A stretch of DNA of 64,000 nucleotides from an uncultured Lentisphaeraceae bacterium (GTDB lineage: Bacteria > Verrucomicrobiota > Kiritimatiellia > RFP12 > DVOR01). Location of the stretch: assembly GCA_937892925.1 (NCBI GenBank), contig CALBHX010000088.1, forward strand, positions 6,554 to 70,553, given 5' to 3'. Shown here piece by piece: positions 44,996 to 53,575 of this stretch. The position numbers and the translations under genes are program-made. The notes under the pieces are model-generated. The model did not search any database, was not told where the DNA came from, and saw only the letters and a program-made list of their open reading frames with translations. How positions within the stretch are numbered: the stretch's first letter is position 1; every line of letters begins with the position of its first letter.

Positions 44996-46207
44996 ATGAA
45001 GCGGTTCTTTTTTTGTTTGAGCTTGACGGCGGCGGTTTTGGGTGCGGCGCCGGTGATTGATGTGAATGTGGAGGGGGTGGCGAAGCAGTCGCTCTCGCTG
45101 GCGGGTGTGTCAGCTTCGGGTGCAGGTGCGGAGGCGTTTCGCAAGACGCTGCAGAATGATTTGATTCGGTGCGGTTGGTATCGGCTGGCGGCGAATGGGC
45201 AGGTGAAGGTGTCGGGCGCGGTTTTGGGCGCGGCAGGGGTTCAGGAGCGGCTGGCGGTGGCGTGGCCGGGGAAGCGGTTTGCCTGGGAGCGCAGTGCGGG
45301 AGATGTGCAGCAGGCGCGGCGTCATGCGCATGAGCTGGCGGATGCGATTGTGGAGGCAACAACAGGTGAAAAGGGGATTGCGCAGAGCCGGTTTGCGGTG
45401 GTGGTGAAAACGGGGACATCGCGCTCGGGGCAGGCGATCGAGGATTTGTATGTGTGCGATTATGACGGATATAATCTGATCCGGCTGACGTCGGACGGGG
45501 TGCCGATTGTGGGGCCGCGCTTCTCGCCGGATGGGCGGAAGGTGTATTTTACGAGCTATCGGAAGGGTTTTCCGGCGGTTTTTGTGGCCGATGTAGCCAC
45601 GCGCTCGGTGCAGCAGCTGGCCTCGTTTCGGGGGTTGAGCACGGGGGCGGTGCCTTCGCCGGCGGATCCGAATAAGCTGGCGATTATCCTTTCGCATCAG
45701 GGGAATCCGGAGCTGTATGTGATGGATGCGCGGACGAAACATCTGACGCGCCTAACGCGGACGAAGCTGGCGGCGGAGGCCAGCCCCTGCTGGTCGCCGG
45801 ACGGCCGGCGGATCTGCTATGTTTCGGATGCAGCGGGTTCGCCGCAGCTGTATGTGGTGGACGTGGCGAGCGGGCAGTCGCGGCGGCTGACGCTGGGGCG
45901 CGGGGAATCGGTTCAGCCGGATTGGGGCAAGCATGGAATTGTTTTTGCCACCAAGCGGGGAAGCCCGTATCGGCTGGCGGTTATTGACCCGGACAAAGGG
46001 GAATCTTCGCTGCGTTACCTCACGCCTGTGAATGAAATTTATGAATCGCCCTCCTGGGCTCCGGATGGCCGCCATGTGGTGGCTTCGCGGACGCAGGGCC
46101 GCACGCGCACGCTTTGGGTGCTCGATGCCGCAGAGAAGGGTGAAGCACCTTATCAACCTTTTTCAGGCAGTGGTCCGCAGTGGCTCAACCCTGCCTGGAG
46201 CAAATGA
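44996..46207 (+). CDS. tolB: Tol-Pal system beta-propeller protein TolB
   Basis: Signal peptide 'MKRFFFCLSLTAAVLGA'. The N-terminal TolB domain is followed by PD40-type repeats: 'PRFSPDGRKVYFTSYR', 'PCWSPDGRRICYVSDAAGSPQLYVVD', 'PSWAPDGRHVV'. Confidence 0.85.
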   Translation: MKRFFFCLSLTAAVLGAAPVIDVNVEGVAKQSLSLAGVSASGAGAEAFRKTLQNDLIRCGWYRLAANGQVKVSGAVLGAAGVQERLAVAWPGKRFAWERSAGDVQQARRHAHELADAIVEATTGEKGIAQSRFAVVVKTGTSRSGQAIEDLYVCDYDGYNLIRLTSDGVPIVGPRFSPDGRKVYFTSYRKGFPAVFVADVATRSVQQLASFRGLSTGAVPSPADPNKLAIILSHQGNPELYVMDARTKHLTRLTRTKLAAEASPCWSPDGRRICYVSDAAGSPQLYVVDVASGQSRRLTLGRGESVQPDWGKHGIVFATKRGSPYRLAVIDPDKGESSLRYLTPVNEIYESPSWAPDGRHVVASRTQGRTRTLWVLDAAEKGEAPYQPFSGSGPQWLNPAWSK

Positions 46208-46232
46208 TCCGCGCCACAGAAGGAAGATCCTT

Positions 46233-46799
46233 ATGCGTTTATCTCTCGTGTTTGCTTTGACGGCCGCTTCGGCCGTGTTGTTCACCGGCTGCGCCACAAA
46301 GGCGGGCAGCGGCGCCCAGGGGGCGGCTGCTGACGGCAGCGGCTCGGGCATGATTGACGATGGGGTGGGGATTGACCCGAATGACGCGAGCTATGACCCG
46401 AATGACCCGAATGCGGGCGCGTTTGGCAGCGATCGCTTTGAAGAAACCCGCCAGCGCGTGGAAGGGGTGGCACTTGAGCCGCTTTACTTCACGTTCGATT
46501 CCTACACGCTCCCGACAGAGGAGCAGGCGAAGGCGGATGCGGCGGCGGAATATCTGATGAATAACCCCACGCATGTGATGATTATTGAGGGGCATTGCGA
46601 TGAGCGCGGGTCAAATGAATATAACCTCTCGCTCTCGGAGCAGCGTGCCATCGGCGTGCGGGATTACCTGCTGGCTTACGGCATTGATGCGGGGCGGCTC
46701 CAAACGCGGGCGTTCGGTGAAGAGAAGCCGGCGAATCCGGGGCATGATGAAGAAGCCTACCGGCAGAATCGCCGCGCGGAGTTTGTGCCTTACAAATAA
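46233..46799 (+). CDS. pal: Peptidoglycan-associated lipoprotein Pal (OmpA-C family)
   Basis: Lipobox 'LFTGC'. OmpA_C 'YFTFDSYTLP...IIEGHCDERGSNEYNLSLSEQRAIGVRDYL...NRRAEFV'. ATG 46233 follows AGGAAG. ORF-track start 46032 lies inside tolB and was rejected. Confidence 0.85.
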   Translation: MRLSLVFALTAASAVLFTGCATKAGSGAQGAAADGSGSGMIDDGVGIDPNDASYDPNDPNAGAFGSDRFEETRQRVEGVALEPLYFTFDSYTLPTEEQAKADAAAEYLMNNPTHVMIIEGHCDERGSNEYNLSLSEQRAIGVRDYLLAYGIDAGRLQTRAFGEEKPANPGHDEEAYRQNRRAEFVPYK

Positions 46800-46913
46800 G
46801 TGCGCGGGCTGAGCGGATGCAGAAGAGGAGCCCGGGCAGACCGGGCTCCTGCAGAGGTGGAGCACCTTTGCGTGGATAAGCGGCGCAGAGGCTGAGGGCG
46901 GGATACGCGGAGC

Positions 46914-47408
46914 ATGTCATTTCTTGAAACGTTGGTGATTCTGCTGGTCGCAGTGATTGTGCTGGGGCCGAAGAATCTGCCTGCCGCGGCGCGGAAAATG
47001 GGGCATTGGATGGGTGTGTTTCGGCGGGCGAGCGATGAGTTCAAGCGCCAAATTATGATGATGGATCAGACGGTGGATCAGGCGTTGAACTCGGCCACGG
47101 ATGAGCTGGATCACCTGGTGCCCACGGATGAGGAGCTGGGGAAAGCGTTTGATGCACTCCCGGAAGGGGCTCCGCCGCCGGCTTCGCCAGATGATTTGTG
47201 GGGGCAGGAGCCAGTGAGCGGGGGGCTGCCTTCGGATGTGGCTGTAACGGAGCCTCCTTCTCCTCCTTCCTCGGCGAAGCCGGAAGACGGAACTCGCCCG
47301 GAAGTGCACCCAACAGGAGCGGAGGCCGAGCCGGTGCGTTCGCTCGGGCTTTCGCCCACGCGTTCAGGTTCCGGCGCGGGAAAGGGAGCAGCGCATGGCC
47401 AGGCGTGA
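46914..47408 (+). CDS. Twin-arginine translocase TatA/TatB-family protein with a long Pro/Glu-rich tail
   Basis: 'MSFLETLVILLVAVIVLGPKNLPAAARKMG' is the TatA/B TM segment, hinge and amphipathic helix signature. Confidence 0.8.
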   Translation: MSFLETLVILLVAVIVLGPKNLPAAARKMGHWMGVFRRASDEFKRQIMMMDQTVDQALNSATDELDHLVPTDEELGKAFDALPEGAPPPASPDDLWGQEPVSGGLPSDVAVTEPPSPPSSAKPEDGTRPEVHPTGAEAEPVRSLGLSPTRSGSGAGKGAAHGQA

Positions 47409-48285
47409 GCGCATAGAGCAGCGCGGCCGGAAAGCTGGCCAGGCGGTGGCGCCTAAACGGGATGTGCAGTCGCGGTTTAACGGTGCTTTTCGCCGGCTGT
47501 TTACGGAAACGGCAGAGGATCGGGCGCACGCGGACGAACTGGATCCGCCGCGGCCGTTTATTGAGCATTTTATTGATCTGCGAAATTGTATTGTGCACTG
47601 TGCGGCGGCATGGGTGGCGGCCATGCTGGTGGTGGCGCCTTTTGCTCCGAAGCTGATCGCGCTGCTGGAGTGGCCGCTGAAGTCTTCCGGGCTGGCAGAG
47701 CAGGGGGTTTCGGTTCAGGGGCTTGAAGTAGGGGTGGGCTTTTCGCTTTTTATGACCACGATGTTGTGGGGAGGGACGATTCTGGCGCTGCCGGCACTGT
47801 TGTATTTTGTTTTCCGTTTTGTTTTTCCGGGGCTGCGGCGGCATGAGCGGAATCTGATTTTGTTTACGCTGGGAGCGGGGGTGGTGCTGTTTCTGGGGGG
47901 CGTTTTTTTATGTTTCAGCTTTACGCTGCGCCTGGCGCTGCAGGCACTGATGGCGATTAACGCATGGATGCAGGTGCCGGTGGAGGTGCTGCAGGCAGAG
48001 CCTTACATTTCGTTTGTGTTGAAGATTTTGCTGGCGTTTGGGCTGGCGTTTCAGTTCCCGCTGGTGCTGTTGGCACTGGGCTGGCTGGGGATTGTATCGG
48101 CAGCGTCGCTCCGGAAACGGCGCGGGGTGGCGATTATCGGCATCTTTGTGGTGGCGATGTTCCTTACGCCGCCGGATCCGCTTTCGCAGATTGTGATGGC
48201 GGTGCCGATGTGCCTATTGTATGAACTGACAATCATTTTGGTGCGCCTGCGGGAGAAAGTGGCTGCGGCGCCGGCGGAGGCTTGA
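47395..48285 (+). CDS. tatC: Twin-arginine translocase subunit TatC
   Basis: 'PFIEHFIDLRNCIV', six predicted TM segments, and 'FLTPPDPLSQ' (conserved TatC motif). Overlaps the tatA/B-family gene by 14 nt. Confidence 0.85.
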   Translation: MARRERIEQRGRKAGQAVAPKRDVQSRFNGAFRRLFTETAEDRAHADELDPPRPFIEHFIDLRNCIVHCAAAWVAAMLVVAPFAPKLIALLEWPLKSSGLAEQGVSVQGLEVGVGFSLFMTTMLWGGTILALPALLYFVFRFVFPGLRRHERNLILFTLGAGVVLFLGGVFLCFSFTLRLALQALMAINAWMQVPVEVLQAEPYISFVLKILLAFGLAFQFPLVLLALGWLGIVSAASLRKRRGVAIIGIFVVAMFLTPPDPLSQIVMAVPMCLLYELTIILVRLREKVAAAPAEA

Positions 48286-48286
48286 G

Positions 48287-49486
48287 ATGGGATTTGAGTC
48301 GGGGTCGTTTTCGTTTCATGCGTTTTATCTTTCCAAGGCGTTTGAGCCTTCGGCAATAGAACTTTTTGCCAAGCGGGCGCTGCCGCCGATTAAGACGCTG
48401 ACAGGCGGCGAGCCGCTGCATGGGTGGGCCGGCCCCTTGCATGCGCTGGATGGGGAGCTGACAGAGGCGCATTGCTGGCGGGGTGATTGGCTTTGGTTCT
48501 CGCACGTAACGGCGCAGAAAAAAGTGCCGCCGAGCCTGTTTCGTGCAACGCTGCTTTCTGAGCTGGAGCTGGAGCGGCGGGCGCGCAATGTGGAGGTTTT
48601 GCCGCGGGCGGCGAAGGCGGATGTGCGCGAACGGGTGCAGGAGGCGCTGCTCAAAGAGGCGCAGCCGAGTTTTGGAAGCGTGGAGTGCGCCATTGATTTG
48701 CGCGGGCAGCGGCTGTTGGCTTCGGCCATGAATGACGGCGCGATGCAGGTGCTGTGCCCATTCTTTCGGGAGACTGCGGGAGCCATGCCGGTGCTGTGCT
48801 GCCCGGAGAGCGCGGCGTATCGTTTGTGCGGGGTGGACTTCAACAGTGTGGAGGCGGTGAACTTGACGCCGAACGAACAGGTGGAGGCCGTCCCGGAAAT
48901 CACGCTGGGCACGGAGTTTCTTACCTGGCTGTTCTATCGCTGGGAGCGCGAGGAGGCCACGTTTGACTTTGATGGCGAGCGCTGTGGGTTGATGTTTGAG
49001 GGGCCGCTGCTCTTTTCCGGAGAGAAGGCTCCCGGCTGCCACGAAACGGTGCTGCGCAACGGCACGCCGTTGGATACGCCGGAGTTCGGCATCGCCCTTT
49101 GGAACGGCAAGAAGCTCCGCCGAGCCAAGCTCACGCTCACAAAAGGCGACTGGGTGGTGGCCGCAACGGTCGATGGCAACGACTTCGCTTTCCGCTCCAT
49201 GAAGGTGGAGCCCGCCGGGCAGAAGGGCAAAAGCGCTGCCGCCGCTCCCGATGCGGTAGAGGGAATGCCTTCGCTGAATGCGCCCGGCGCCGTGCCTGCT
49301 CCGCAGGAGGAGCGCCGGAAGCTGGGCGTGGATGAACGGCTGGACCGTGCGGCGTTCTATGTGGACGCGTTTTTGCACCTTTATAAACAGTTTTTGGAGC
49401 TGCGGAGCGATCCGGTGCGTTGGCGTGGACAGCTCTCCGGCGTCCGCCGCTGGATTGCGGGCAGAGCCGGTCAGGACAAGGCGTAA
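48287..49486 (+). CDS. RdgC-like recombination-associated protein (tentative)
   Basis: Begins 1 nt after the tatC stop. The N-terminus 'GSFSFHAFYL' and the layout 'KADVRERVQEALLKEAQPSFGSVECAIDLRGQRLL' resemble recalled E. coli RdgC ('[35 protein letters not shown]'). At 399 aa it is longer than typical RdgC. Confidence 0.4.
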   Translation: MGFESGSFSFHAFYLSKAFEPSAIELFAKRALPPIKTLTGGEPLHGWAGPLHALDGELTEAHCWRGDWLWFSHVTAQKKVPPSLFRATLLSELELERRARNVEVLPRAAKADVRERVQEALLKEAQPSFGSVECAIDLRGQRLLASAMNDGAMQVLCPFFRETAGAMPVLCCPESAAYRLCGVDFNSVEAVNLTPNEQVEAVPEITLGTEFLTWLFYRWEREEATFDFDGERCGLMFEGPLLFSGEKAPGCHETVLRNGTPLDTPEFGIALWNGKKLRRAKLTLTKGDWVVAATVDGNDFAFRSMKVEPAGQKGKSAAAAPDAVEGMPSLNAPGAVPAPQEERRKLGVDERLDRAAFYVDAFLHLYKQFLELRSDPVRWRGQLSGVRRWIAGRAGQDKA

Positions 49487-49618
49487 GGCACCCTGCGTCT
49501 TACGTAAGGCACGGGAGCCGGAAACAGTATTCGACGTTTTCCGGATACGGCCGATGGCGTATAATATCCCCCGCGCGTTTGCTGAAGGGCGGCGCATAAC
49601 AGGTTGGAGGTTCTGCAT

Positions 49619-50515
49619 ATGAAACGGTTTTTGGCACTTCTTCTTCTGGTTTTTCCGCTGGCGTTGGGTTGGGCGCAGAGCGGGGAACAGCAGGCTGCGC
49701 GGCAGGCGCGGAGCGTACATCTGAGCTACCGCAAGTGGGGAAAGCCTGCACAGATTTTCTATATGGAGGCTACGGTAGATCGCTTTTGGCCGGGCTCCTA
49801 TCTATGCCTGCTGGGCTTTTCCGGCGGGTATGCCGGCGTGCAGGAGCATGTCAATGGCCGGCATGTGGCGATCTTTTCGGTATGGGAGCCGAGTGATCCC
49901 TTTGACTTCAAGGCGCACCCGGACGCAGTGGATGAAACGCGGCGCACAAAGAACCTTTACGCCGGAGAAGGTGTTCGAATTAAACGGTTCGGCGGCGAAG
50001 GTACGGGCGGGCAGTCCATGATGGACTGGGCTTGGCAGCCTGGTAAACCTGTGCGGATGGCCGTTTCCTGTGCGCCCGATGGCGCTTACCGCACGGCGTA
50101 TACCTGCTGGGTGTGGGATGACGCCAAAGATGCCTGGTTCCGGATGGCCAGTTTCTCCACGCTGGTGGGCGGCGGCAAGGCCACGCTGAGCGGCCCCTAT
50201 TCCTTCTTGGAAGACTTCTGGCGCAATGTGGAGAGCAAGCGCCATATCCGCGCGGCGCGGTTCTCCCGGCTGTGGGCGTATGACGGGGCGCAGTGGACGC
50301 CCTCGGCAGAAGCGCAGTTCACGGCCGATAGCAATGTGCTTACCACGATTGATGCCGGCCCCGCTGCCGATGGGTTCTGGCTGGCTACGGGCGGCGACAC
50401 GCAGAACACCACCGTTAAACTTTGGAGCACGGTTCTTCCCGGCGGCGCACCGGATGACTCTGCTGCTCGCCGGGCGAAGCTGCTAGAAGCGGTCTCTGCT
50501 TTGCGGGCTCCCTGA
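49619..50515 (+). CDS. Secreted DUF3472-like protein
   Basis: ATG 49619 follows GGAGG. Signal peptide 'MKRFLALLLLVFPLALGWA'. 'FSGGYAGVQEH..GRHVAIFSVWE' and 'FGGEGTGGQS' resemble the DUF3472 family (recalled). Confidence 0.55.
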   Translation: MKRFLALLLLVFPLALGWAQSGEQQAARQARSVHLSYRKWGKPAQIFYMEATVDRFWPGSYLCLLGFSGGYAGVQEHVNGRHVAIFSVWEPSDPFDFKAHPDAVDETRRTKNLYAGEGVRIKRFGGEGTGGQSMMDWAWQPGKPVRMAVSCAPDGAYRTAYTCWVWDDAKDAWFRMASFSTLVGGGKATLSGPYSFLEDFWRNVESKRHIRAARFSRLWAYDGAQWTPSAEAQFTADSNVLTTIDAGPAADGFWLATGGDTQNTTVKLWSTVLPGGAPDDSAARRAKLLEAVSALRAP

Positions 50516-50532
50516 TTGAAAGCCGCGCACCG

Positions 50533-51906
50533 ATGCGCATCGCCTGTTTTGCCGATATTCATGCAAATCTTCCCGCGCTTGAAGCGGTAATTGCCGATGC
50601 CCGGGAACGGGGGGCTTCGCATGTGCTGGGGCTTGGCGATGTGGTCGGGTACGGCCCCCAGCCGGTTGAGGCGCTTGCCCGCTTCCGGGAAGTGGCTTCC
50701 GCTGCCGTGCTGGGCAATCATGATGCCGCTGTCTGCGGGCTTCTTGACCCTGCACTCTTCAATGCGTTTGCCCGAGAAACCGCTGAACGCGCTGCGCTCG
50801 CCTTGAGCGATGAAGCCAAGGGCTGGCTCCGTGCGCTCCCCTACGTGATCGAAAGCGATGGCCTGGCTTGTGCACATGGCGGCTTTGCCGACCCGGCTCG
50901 ATTCCACTACCTTGAAACCAAGGCGGACGCTGCGCTTAACTTCGCAGCCATGCCCGGGTTCCAGGTGCTTGTGGTGGGCCATACGCACATTCCCTGCGTT
51001 TTTGCCCGGGAAGAAGCCACTGGAACCATTCGCAAACTGCCGCCGGAAGACTTTGTACTTCGCGCCGGGTGGCGCTACATTCTCAACCCCGGCGCGGTGG
51101 GGTTCCCGCGCGGCAACACGCTAACGGCAGATTATCTACTCTTCGACACCGTTACGCGGCATGTTCTTTTCCGCGCCGTCCCTTACGATCTGGCGCCCTA
51201 CCGCCTGGCGCTTGTGCGGAACGGCTACAACCCGATGAACTACTGGTTCCTCAGCCCATCGGCGCGGCGCTCACAAAGGGAGCAGGCCTTTTTGAAGCCT
51301 ACCCGCGCGGCCGAAGTGCCGGTGGGGGAGGGGGCGCCCTTTCGGCCTCGGCAGGCGCATCGGCTGCCGCATGCCTTCTGGTGGGCGATGGGGGCGTTGG
51401 CGGCGCTGATTTTAGCTTTGGCGGCGGTGTTGATCTGGCTGGGGTATACGGTGCGTGAGGCCGATCTGGCAGAGCAGACGGCGCCTGCAGGGCCAGAACA
51501 AAATCTCTTTCCGCCGCTGACGCAGTGGGTTTTTCCGGAAGGCGCGGGCGTTTGCGCGGAGGTGTTGGAGCGCGGTGCGGGTGTTCGGCTTTCACCGCAG
51601 GGCGCGGCACCGGCAGAACTCCTCTCACCGCTGTGCCGAGTGCCGCCGGGAATACGGCAGCTGCGGCTTTCTTTCCAGGTGACGTCTCCGCTGAAAACGC
51701 TTCGTTATACGGCGCAGGTGCGTTTTCTTTGCGCAGAGGGACGAGCCCGGGATGAAAAAGCGCATGTCTATAAGAAGCCGGGCGTGCGCGCCTATTCCGT
51801 GGATGTGCCGGCAGATGCGGCCGGCGTACGGGTGGCTTTTTCCTTTTCCGGAAGTGCGCCGGCCACGCTACTTCGGCCGGTGTTGGCTCCCTTTACACAT
51901 AAATAA
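50533..51906 (+). CDS. Metallophosphoesterase with a C-terminal TM helix and an extracytoplasmic tail of about 130 aa
   Basis: 'FADIHAN', 'GLGDVVGYG', 'LGNHDAA', 'VVGHTHIP'. TM helix 'AFWWAMGALAALILALAAVLIWLGY'. Confidence 0.7.
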   Translation: MRIACFADIHANLPALEAVIADARERGASHVLGLGDVVGYGPQPVEALARFREVASAAVLGNHDAAVCGLLDPALFNAFARETAERAALALSDEAKGWLRALPYVIESDGLACAHGGFADPARFHYLETKADAALNFAAMPGFQVLVVGHTHIPCVFAREEATGTIRKLPPEDFVLRAGWRYILNPGAVGFPRGNTLTADYLLFDTVTRHVLFRAVPYDLAPYRLALVRNGYNPMNYWFLSPSARRSQREQAFLKPTRAAEVPVGEGAPFRPRQAHRLPHAFWWAMGALAALILALAAVLIWLGYTVREADLAEQTAPAGPEQNLFPPLTQWVFPEGAGVCAEVLERGAGVRLSPQGAAPAELLSPLCRVPPGIRQLRLSFQVTSPLKTLRYTAQVRFLCAEGRARDEKAHVYKKPGVRAYSVDVPADAAGVRVAFSFSGSAPATLLRPVLAPFTHK

Positions 51907-51960
51907 GGGCTTGGTTTGGGGGAAAAATGCAAAAAGCCGCCCGGATCGGTGTTTTTTTGC

Positions 51961-51989
51961 TTGCCTTTTAATCTGCAAAAGGTTATCGT
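51961..51989 (+). promoter_or_regulatory. Candidate promoter for the RRM-protein gene: TTGCCT-17 nt-TATCGT
   Basis: TTGCCT at 51961-51966 and TATCGT at 51984-51989. This would give a 5' leader of about 125 nt. Confidence 0.3.
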
Positions 51990-52121
51990 ATTCACCATGT
52001 TTGGGAGGGGACTGCCCCCTTTGGGTTAAGGAGCCTGTTGGCCGACGATTCCCGTGCCGTGGGGGTTGGAGTGCTGACCAAACCGGATCAGTTCGCGGCA
52101 ACCTGTTAGGAATGTATCCCT

Positions 52122-52514
52122 ATGGATATCTATGTTGGCAATCTTGCCTATGCGACGGACGACGAAGCTCTCCGCGCCGCCTTCGCTGCCTATGGCGAGG
52201 TTTCCTCCGCTCGTGTGGTGCTTGACCGCATGACTAATCGCTCCAAAGGCTTCGGCTTTGTTGAAATGCCCAATGCTGAGGAGGCTAATGCCGCGATCGC
52301 TGCGCTCAATGGCGCCGAGCTCGATGGACGCCCCATCCGTGTGAATGAATCCCAGCCGAAACCGCGTGAAGAACGCCGTGGTGGACGGGGTGGCTTTGGC
52401 GGTGGGCGCGGAGGCTTTGGCGGCGGCCGTGGGCCGCGCGGCGGATTCGGGAACCGTGAAGGCGGCCGTGGCTCGCGCCGCGATTATGGCGCTCCTCGTG
52501 AATCGCAGTGGTAA
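52122..52514 (+). CDS. RRM-type RNA-binding protein with an Arg/Gly-rich (RGG) tail
   Basis: RNP2 'IYVGNL', RNP1 'KGFGFVEM', tail 'RRGGRGGFGGGRGGFGGGRGPRGGFGNREGGRG'. Confidence 0.85.
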   Translation: MDIYVGNLAYATDDEALRAAFAAYGEVSSARVVLDRMTNRSKGFGFVEMPNAEEANAAIAALNGAELDGRPIRVNESQPKPREERRGGRGGFGGGRGGFGGGRGPRGGFGNREGGRGSRRDYGAPRESQW

Positions 52515-52580
52515 GCTTTAGGCGCAGAATGCGCCTCGTGGGCGGCAGAGCTGAAGGTTCAGCGAAGCCGCCCGTTCAAA

Positions 52581-52624
52581 CAAGCCGCGCAGGCGCTAGG
52601 CGCCGGGCGCGGCTTGTCGTTTTC
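52581..52624 (+). terminator. Probable rho-independent terminator after the RRM-protein gene
   Basis: 10-bp stem, caagccgcgc (52581-52590) pairing with gcgcggcttg (52607-52616), followed by tcgttttc. It lies inside the ORF-track start of radC, which supports the later radC ATG. Confidence 0.55.
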
Positions 52625-52637
52625 AGGAGATTTGCTA

Positions 52638-53378
52638 ATGACCGAAACACCGTCTATGCGGGAGCTGCCAGCTGAGGATCGCCCGCGGGAAAAGCTGTTG
52701 CGTCTGGGGGCAGCAGCTTTAACTACGCCGGAGTTGTTTGCCATTTTGCTCCGAACGGGGGTGAAAGGCTGCCATGTGGGAGAATTGGCGCGGCGGTTGG
52801 TGGAGGCTTTCGGCGGGGCGGAGGCGATGCCCTGTTTGCGGACGCATGATGTGGAGAGTCTGCGGGCGTTTGTGCGTACACGCCCGGCATTGCGGGGGAT
52901 TGGGGAGGATAAGCTGGCCACGCTGCTGGCGGCCTTTGAGCTCGGCGCGCGCATCTTTAATCCGCCGCCGCGTGCGCTTCGTAAGCCGCTTCTGCGGGCT
53001 GTGCAGGTGGCGGAGCTGATGTTTGCGGAGAGCTCGCGTTATGCGCGGGAGGGTTTTTGGGCGCTCTATCTGAACCGCCGCCGTGTGTTGATGCGGCCGC
53101 CGGAGCTGATCACGCTGGGGGTTGAAGCGCAGGCGTTGATTAGTGCGCAGGCACTGTTTCGCCGGGCGGTGATGATGGATGCCCAGGCGCTCATACTCGT
53201 CCACAACCACCCTTCCGGCGATGTTTCTCCCAGTGCGGCGGATGTGGAGACCACGGAGGCGCTGGTGGCGGCGGGGCGTACACTGGGGATTTCGGTTTTG
53301 GATCATGTGATTGTAGGGCGCCCGGAGATTGCGCCGTCTTTCTGTTCGCTGCGCGATACGCGCCGGTGTGTTTTCTGA
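52638..53378 (+). CDS. radC: RadC-family JAB/MPN domain protein
   Basis: 'RPREKLLRLGAAALTTPELFAILLRTG' is the HhH N-terminus. The JAMM motif is 'LILVHNHPSGDVSPSAADVETT'. Confidence 0.85.
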   Translation: MTETPSMRELPAEDRPREKLLRLGAAALTTPELFAILLRTGVKGCHVGELARRLVEAFGGAEAMPCLRTHDVESLRAFVRTRPALRGIGEDKLATLLAAFELGARIFNPPPRALRKPLLRAVQVAELMFAESSRYAREGFWALYLNRRRVLMRPPELITLGVEAQALISAQALFRRAVMMDAQALILVHNHPSGDVSPSAADVETTEALVAAGRTLGISVLDHVIVGRPEIAPSFCSLRDTRRCVF

Positions 53379-53575
53379 GGTGGTGCATTGGAGACGGGAA
53401 GAGGCTCCCGGGCGCGGCGATGGGTTCAAACACGAGCCGGCTGGAAACGCCTCCCGCTCCAGGTTTGACGGAATGTCGGGGCGAAGCGAAGCGGCGCCGG
53501 GTGAGGATGCCTTTTCCGGAAGAGGAGAGCAGGTTGGCGGCGGCTATGGTATACTGAGGGGAGAAGGAACCTTTT

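Noticed and set aside
43649-45144. Minus-strand ORFs 43649-44359 (236 aa) and 44338-45144 (268 aa) in the G+T-skewed spacer. I considered them as a possible decayed TolA-like Pro-rich protein.
   Set aside because: They are on the strand opposite to tolB-pal and overlap both the end of the giant gene and the tolB start. There is no RBS or TM anchor. The Pro/Lys/His richness simply mirrors the C/A-rich minus-strand composition.
46827-46849. GC-rich hairpin (ggagcccgg/ccgggctcc) after pal, considered as a terminator
   Set aside because: No U-tract follows it, so I did not call it an intrinsic terminator. It may be a partial attenuator or an mRNA-stabilising stem.
48233-49720. 495-aa minus-strand ORF opposite the RdgC-like gene
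   Set aside because: It is an Arg/Pro/Leu-rich shadow frame that overlaps three plus-strand genes with proper RBS and spacing.
51925-51960. A-run/T-run flanked sequence 'aaaaagccgcccggatcggtgttttttt' after the metallophosphoesterase gene, considered as a bidirectional terminator
   Set aside because: The central stem forms only 2-4 bp, which is too weak to call.
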